In this document: positions 60,579 through 64,000 of the stretch, piece by piece
Layout: each line of letters opens with the position of its first letter
Numbering within the stretch: position 1 is the stretch's first letter
NCBI GenBank assembly: GCA_038745425.1
Contig: JBCDLL010000007.1
Location: 1,688-65,687, forward strand
Length of the DNA stretch: 64,000 bases
Reading direction: 5' to 3'
Origin: Verrucomicrobiota bacterium
GTDB taxonomy: Bacteria; Verrucomicrobiota; Verrucomicrobiia; Methylacidiphilales; UBA1321
Position numbers and translations under genes: made by a program
The notes under the pieces: model-generated
Database searches by the model: none
Seen by the model: only the letters and a program-made list of their open reading frames with translations
What the model was told of the DNA's origin: nothing

Positions 60579-61765
60579 AGATCATCGACCTGAAAGCGCG
60601 CACGGTGGCCATCCCGCTCACCAGCCAGCTCCGGCACAACACTGGCGTCCACCCCGGCTACCTCCTGCGCACCGTCCTGGAGTTGGTCACCGACGAGGGC
60701 CTGGTCGGGCTGGGCGAAGTGGGCGGCGGCGACCAGCGGGGGGCGCTCCTCAAGCTGAAGCCGCGCGTGCTCGGGCTCGACCCCTTCCACCTCGAGACGA
60801 TCAAGCTCAAGGTACTGCGCAGCATCTACTACCTCTCCAACGCTAGGCTGTACGCCGCTATCGAGATGGCCTGCTTGGACCTGCAGGGCAAGGCGCTGGG
60901 CCGTCCGGTCAGCGACCTACTGGGCGGCCGCGTGCGCGACTCGGTGCCCATGATCGGCTACCTCTTCTGGCGCTACGACCGTCCCGACGGCCGGGACGAC
61001 ACCTGCGCCGAAGACCTGGCGGACTACTGCGAGGAACTGCACGAAACCCTTGGCATCAAGGCGATGAAGCTGAAGGCGGGCGTGATGGAGCCAAACGAGG
61101 AGGCCCGCGTGCTGGAGCTGTGCCGCGAGCGCCTGGGGCCGGACTTTGGCCTGCGCCTCGATCCCAACGGCGTGTGGTCCGTGCCCACAGCGGTGCGCGT
61201 CGGCCGGCGGCTGGAGGCGATCGCCCCGGAGTATTTTGAGGACCCCGCCTGGGGGCTGACCGGCAACGCCGAGGTGCGCCGCCAGGTGCGCATTCCCATC
61301 GCCACCAACATGTACCCGGCGCGCTTCGACGACCTCGCCCCGGCCGTCAAACTGGGCGCGGTCGACATCGTCCTGACCGATCTGCATTACTGGGAGGGCC
61401 CCCGCGGCGTGAAGGAACTGGCCGCCATCTGCCGCACCTTTGGCCTGGGCGTGGCCATGCACAGCGGCGCCGAGTTCGGCATCGAGCTCTCCGCCATGCT
61501 GCAGACCGCCGCCACCATTCCGGAGATGAACTTTGCCGGCGACGCCCACTACCACCACCTCGTCGACGACATCACCACGATGGGCCTGATGGCGTACGAG
61601 GACGGCGCGATCCGCGTGCCCGACGGCCCCGGCCTGGGCGTGGAGCTGGACCCGGAAAAGATGGACAAGTACGAGCGGTACTACGAGGAGAAGGGCGACT
61701 ACTACGCGCGCTTTCACCAGGACCCCCGGCGCCCGGACTGGTACCCCGTGGTCGGAGGGATCTAG
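60575..61765 (+). CDS. enolase-superfamily enzyme (mandelate racemase/muconate lactonising family, sugar-acid dehydratase-like)
   Basis: ATG overlaps the GH10 stop (ATGA). GLGEVGGG, the KxK motif AMKLKAG, and LRLDPNG / FEDP metal-ligand regions. Confidence 0.85.
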   Translation: MKIIDLKARTVAIPLTSQLRHNTGVHPGYLLRTVLELVTDEGLVGLGEVGGGDQRGALLKLKPRVLGLDPFHLETIKLKVLRSIYYLSNARLYAAIEMACLDLQGKALGRPVSDLLGGRVRDSVPMIGYLFWRYDRPDGRDDTCAEDLADYCEELHETLGIKAMKLKAGVMEPNEEARVLELCRERLGPDFGLRLDPNGVWSVPTAVRVGRRLEAIAPEYFEDPAWGLTGNAEVRRQVRIPIATNMYPARFDDLAPAVKLGAVDIVLTDLHYWEGPRGVKELAAICRTFGLGVAMHSGAEFGIELSAMLQTAATIPEMNFAGDAHYHHLVDDITTMGLMAYEDGAIRVPDGPGLGVELDPEKMDKYERYYEEKGDYYARFHQDPRRPDWYPVVGGI

Positions 61766-61775
61766 AGGAAGAGCC

Positions 61776-62861
61776 ATGATTTTTGACCTCATCCGCAATC
61801 CAGCGCCGAAATCCGGCACATTGCCGTTAGACGACAGGCGTTCCGTGCGTATGCTTGATATCATGACATCAAGCCCGCTCCTTTTCTCTCTTCCCAACCC
61901 GCACCGCCCGGCCGGGCGCATCCCGTTACCCGCCAAGTTCGTCGCCCTCGCGCTGCTTTTCTTCCTCTTGGCCGGGACACCGGCGATGGCCGACAAGTTC
62001 GAGCGCGACCGGGAAGCCATCCTGAGCATGGCCGGCGCCTTCGAAGTGGAGTTCAACTTTGAGGAAACGACCGCGCTGAAGGAGGGCTACGAACTCGACG
62101 AACCCTACCAGGCCCGCGCGCTGGAGGTGGTCAAAGTGGTGGAGGACACCGGCGACCGCATCGTGCTCCAGCACTTGCTCATGGTCGGCTCCAAGGAAAA
62201 GCGCGCGGTGATCAAGCACTGGGGGCAGGTCTGGCAGTACGAGGATCCGCGCTCCCTCACCTACCAGGGCGACAACACTTGGCTGCCTGTCACGCACAGC
62301 CCCGAGGAAACCAAGGGCACCTGGACGCAATTCGTCACGCAAGTCGACGACAGTCCCCGCTACAAGGCCCAGGGCCACTGGGACCACCAGGGCAACACGT
62401 CGGTCTGGACCTCCCGGCTTTCCACCCGTCCGCTGCCGCGCCGCGACGCGAAAAAGCGCTCCGACTACGACCTGCTCGTCGTCACCAACACTCACGTTAT
62501 CACCCCCTCCGGGTGGACCCACCAGCAGGACAACCGCAAGCTCGTCAACCGCGACGGGCAGTCCCAATTCCTCTGCGTGGAAAACGGCCTCAACCGCTAC
62601 GAACGGATCACCGACGAGGAGAAGCTGGCCGTCTTCCAACCCGCTCACGAGTACTGGGATAACACCCACCAGTTCTGGAAGGAGGTCCGGACCGCGTGGC
62701 TAGACATCGTGGCCACCTCAGACGAGCCCATCCATTACCACAAGAAGGTGGAGGGCAAGCGGCTGATGTCGCGCATGCACGCGCTCTCGCGCGAAGCCTC
62801 GGACGACCCGTCCGTTAACCGCACGCAGGTGGACGAGCTGATTGCGCAGTACATGCAGTAG
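61776..62861 (+). CDS. hypothetical exported protein
   Basis: A hydrophobic segment FVALALLFFLLAGTPAMA follows about 55 aa. Later in-frame ATGs (61854, 61866) are more likely starts. No recognisable domain. Confidence 0.5.
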   Translation: MIFDLIRNPAPKSGTLPLDDRRSVRMLDIMTSSPLLFSLPNPHRPAGRIPLPAKFVALALLFFLLAGTPAMADKFERDREAILSMAGAFEVEFNFEETTALKEGYELDEPYQARALEVVKVVEDTGDRIVLQHLLMVGSKEKRAVIKHWGQVWQYEDPRSLTYQGDNTWLPVTHSPEETKGTWTQFVTQVDDSPRYKAQGHWDHQGNTSVWTSRLSTRPLPRRDAKKRSDYDLLVVTNTHVITPSGWTHQQDNRKLVNRDGQSQFLCVENGLNRYERITDEEKLAVFQPAHEYWDNTHQFWKEVRTAWLDIVATSDEPIHYHKKVEGKRLMSRMHALSREASDDPSVNRTQVDELIAQYMQ

Positions 62862-62912
62862 CGGGCGAGGAAAGGCTGCCTCCCAAGAGGTTGCCGCCTC
62901 GCGCGTCGGCAG

Positions 62913-64000
62913 TTACTCCACCACGCGGTGCTCCCCTTTATTCTGCTTGGCCAGGGCCTCCATAAACACGAGCCGCTTGGGCGATTTGAAGGAAATCGTG
63001 GTGATCGGGATCGGCTCGCGGTTCTTCTCCTGCCATTCTTGAACGACCTGGAGGAGCTGGTCTGGGTTCCGGGCAAGAAGGCCATGGCCGTTGAAAGTGG
63101 GATCACCGTCCGAGACAAAGTAAACGATGTCGGGCGCCAACTTGAGGGCGGCTCTCAAGCCCAAATCGGCCCGGGTTCCGGCGTGGAAACCGCTCCGGTA
63201 GTCTTTCCAGAAGGCGAGGCTGAGGTCCTCCTTGCCCGCCGGATTCTTGATCGCGAGACCGGGGTTCAAGCTCTTCAGCCAGGAGACGGCGCGGTCCTTT
63301 TCGGTGCGATTGGAGGTGCGAAGGCTGGCGGCATAGGACTCCGCTCGATCGCCGAACGCGACCAAGCCGAAGCGCGATCCGAGCGGAAGCGACTCGATCA
63401 AGCGAATGATCTCGGTTTCGAGGACGTTGTAGTTCTCCGGGGACAAACCTCGGTTGATCATGCTCCCGGAGATGTCAAAGACGACCACGACGGAGGCGGC
63501 GGTGTCGTTGAAGCCGAAGAAGCGGCCGAATCCCACTCCGGTCCCCTGACCATCTCCCCCCGCACCTCCCACCCCGCGCCCGCCGGAGCCGCCCAAGCCT
63601 CCGAAACGCTGACTCGCCGGGGACAGGTTGCTGGGAGGCCGCGGTGGAGTGATGGGCATCGCGAGGGAGGGTGACGGCGCCGAGCGGGTAATCAGATCGG
63701 GGACGACAACGCTTTCCGGAACGGGGACGGCGATTTCTGGTGCCGTCGGCTCCAGGCTTCCTTCCATTGGTTCGGGAACCGCATCGGGCATTGGCGCGGT
63801 TGGAACTTCGATGGTGGCGTCCCCCTCCTGGAAAACAAATTCCGGAGGGTCGTCGCGAGTTTCCAGTGCCTCGAAGACAACGACGCTCCCGAGCATCAGC
63901 GCCAGAACCAAATGTAAAAGGACCGCAAAAAGAAGGTGGGACTTCGAGGCCAGCCGCTGCTTCCAACCCGGTTTCGGGGCGGGCGGTCCGCTCGGCTCAA
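62913..64000 (-). CDS. membrane-anchored von Willebrand factor type A domain protein (5' end beyond window)
   Basis: Frame is open to the window end. TM helix HLLFAVLLHLVLALMLGSVVVF, a Pro-rich linker, and the MIDAS motif VVVVFDISGSM. Confidence 0.8.
   Translation of the reverse strand, partial: EPSGPPAPKPGWKQRLASKSHLLFAVLLHLVLALMLGSVVVFEALETRDDPPEFVFQEGDATIEVPTAPMPDAVPEPMEGSLEPTAPEIAVPVPESVVVPDLITRSAPSPSLAMPITPPRPPSNLSPASQRFGGLGGSGGRGVGGAGGDGQGTGVGFGRFFGFNDTAASVVVVFDISGSMINRGLSPENYNVLETEIIRLIESLPLGSRFGLVAFGDRAESYAASLRTSNRTEKDRAVSWLKSLNPGLAIKNPAGKEDLSLAFWKDYRSGFHAGTRADLGLRAALKLAPDIVYFVSDGDPTFNGHGLLARNPDQLLQVVQEWQEKNREPIPITTISFKSPKRLVFMEALAKQNKGEHRVVE

Overview
High-GC (about two-thirds G+C by eye) bacterial chromosomal window. 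PEP-CTERM cargo, autotransporter-associated beta-strand repeat proteins and many prepilin-type N-termini suggest Verrucomicrobiota (Opitutales-like); this is an inference, not verified. Most of the window is densely packed housekeeping and catabolic genes: zwf/gnd, pheT, lysC, aroD, polX, YebC, aldehyde dehydrogenase and sugar-acid/xylan genes. The long antisense or alternate-frame ORFs in the track are typical GC-rich artefacts. Six things stand out. (1) A family of nested-hairpin intergenic repeats occupies three spacers (about 22.0-23.0 kb, 24.5-25.1 kb, 30.2-30.6 kb). It has nine copies of an invariant 8-bp stem, GGCGGAGC-N4-GCTCCGCC. (2) A roughly 178-nt rod-shaped RNA with a central bubble and a U-tail lies downstream of pheT and looks 6S-RNA-like. 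(3) A complete type II secretion gene set (gspC-like, D, E, F, G, H, I, J, K, L-like, M-like) sits in three divergent or convergent units at 39.0-51.0 kb. It includes an uncharacterised secreted protein translationally coupled between gspF and gspG, and two large secreted glycoside hydrolases lie next to it. (4) A low-GC hicAB toxin-antitoxin pair is wedged inside the gnd-zwf unit. (5) Several unusual single genes are present: a NavAb-like voltage-gated Na+ channel, a signal-peptide-bearing Lon-protease-domain protein without an ATPase, a type I dehydroquinase with a roughly 100-aa Lys/Pro/Ala-rich N-terminal tail, and a rifampin-phosphotransferase-like PEP-utilising enzyme next to GNAT and MFS genes. 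(6) Several perfect palindromes and one intrinsic-terminator-like hairpin sit in promoter regions. No tRNA, rRNA, CRISPR array, transposase or integrase could be supported. All functional calls rest on motif recognition by eye; no database search was run.
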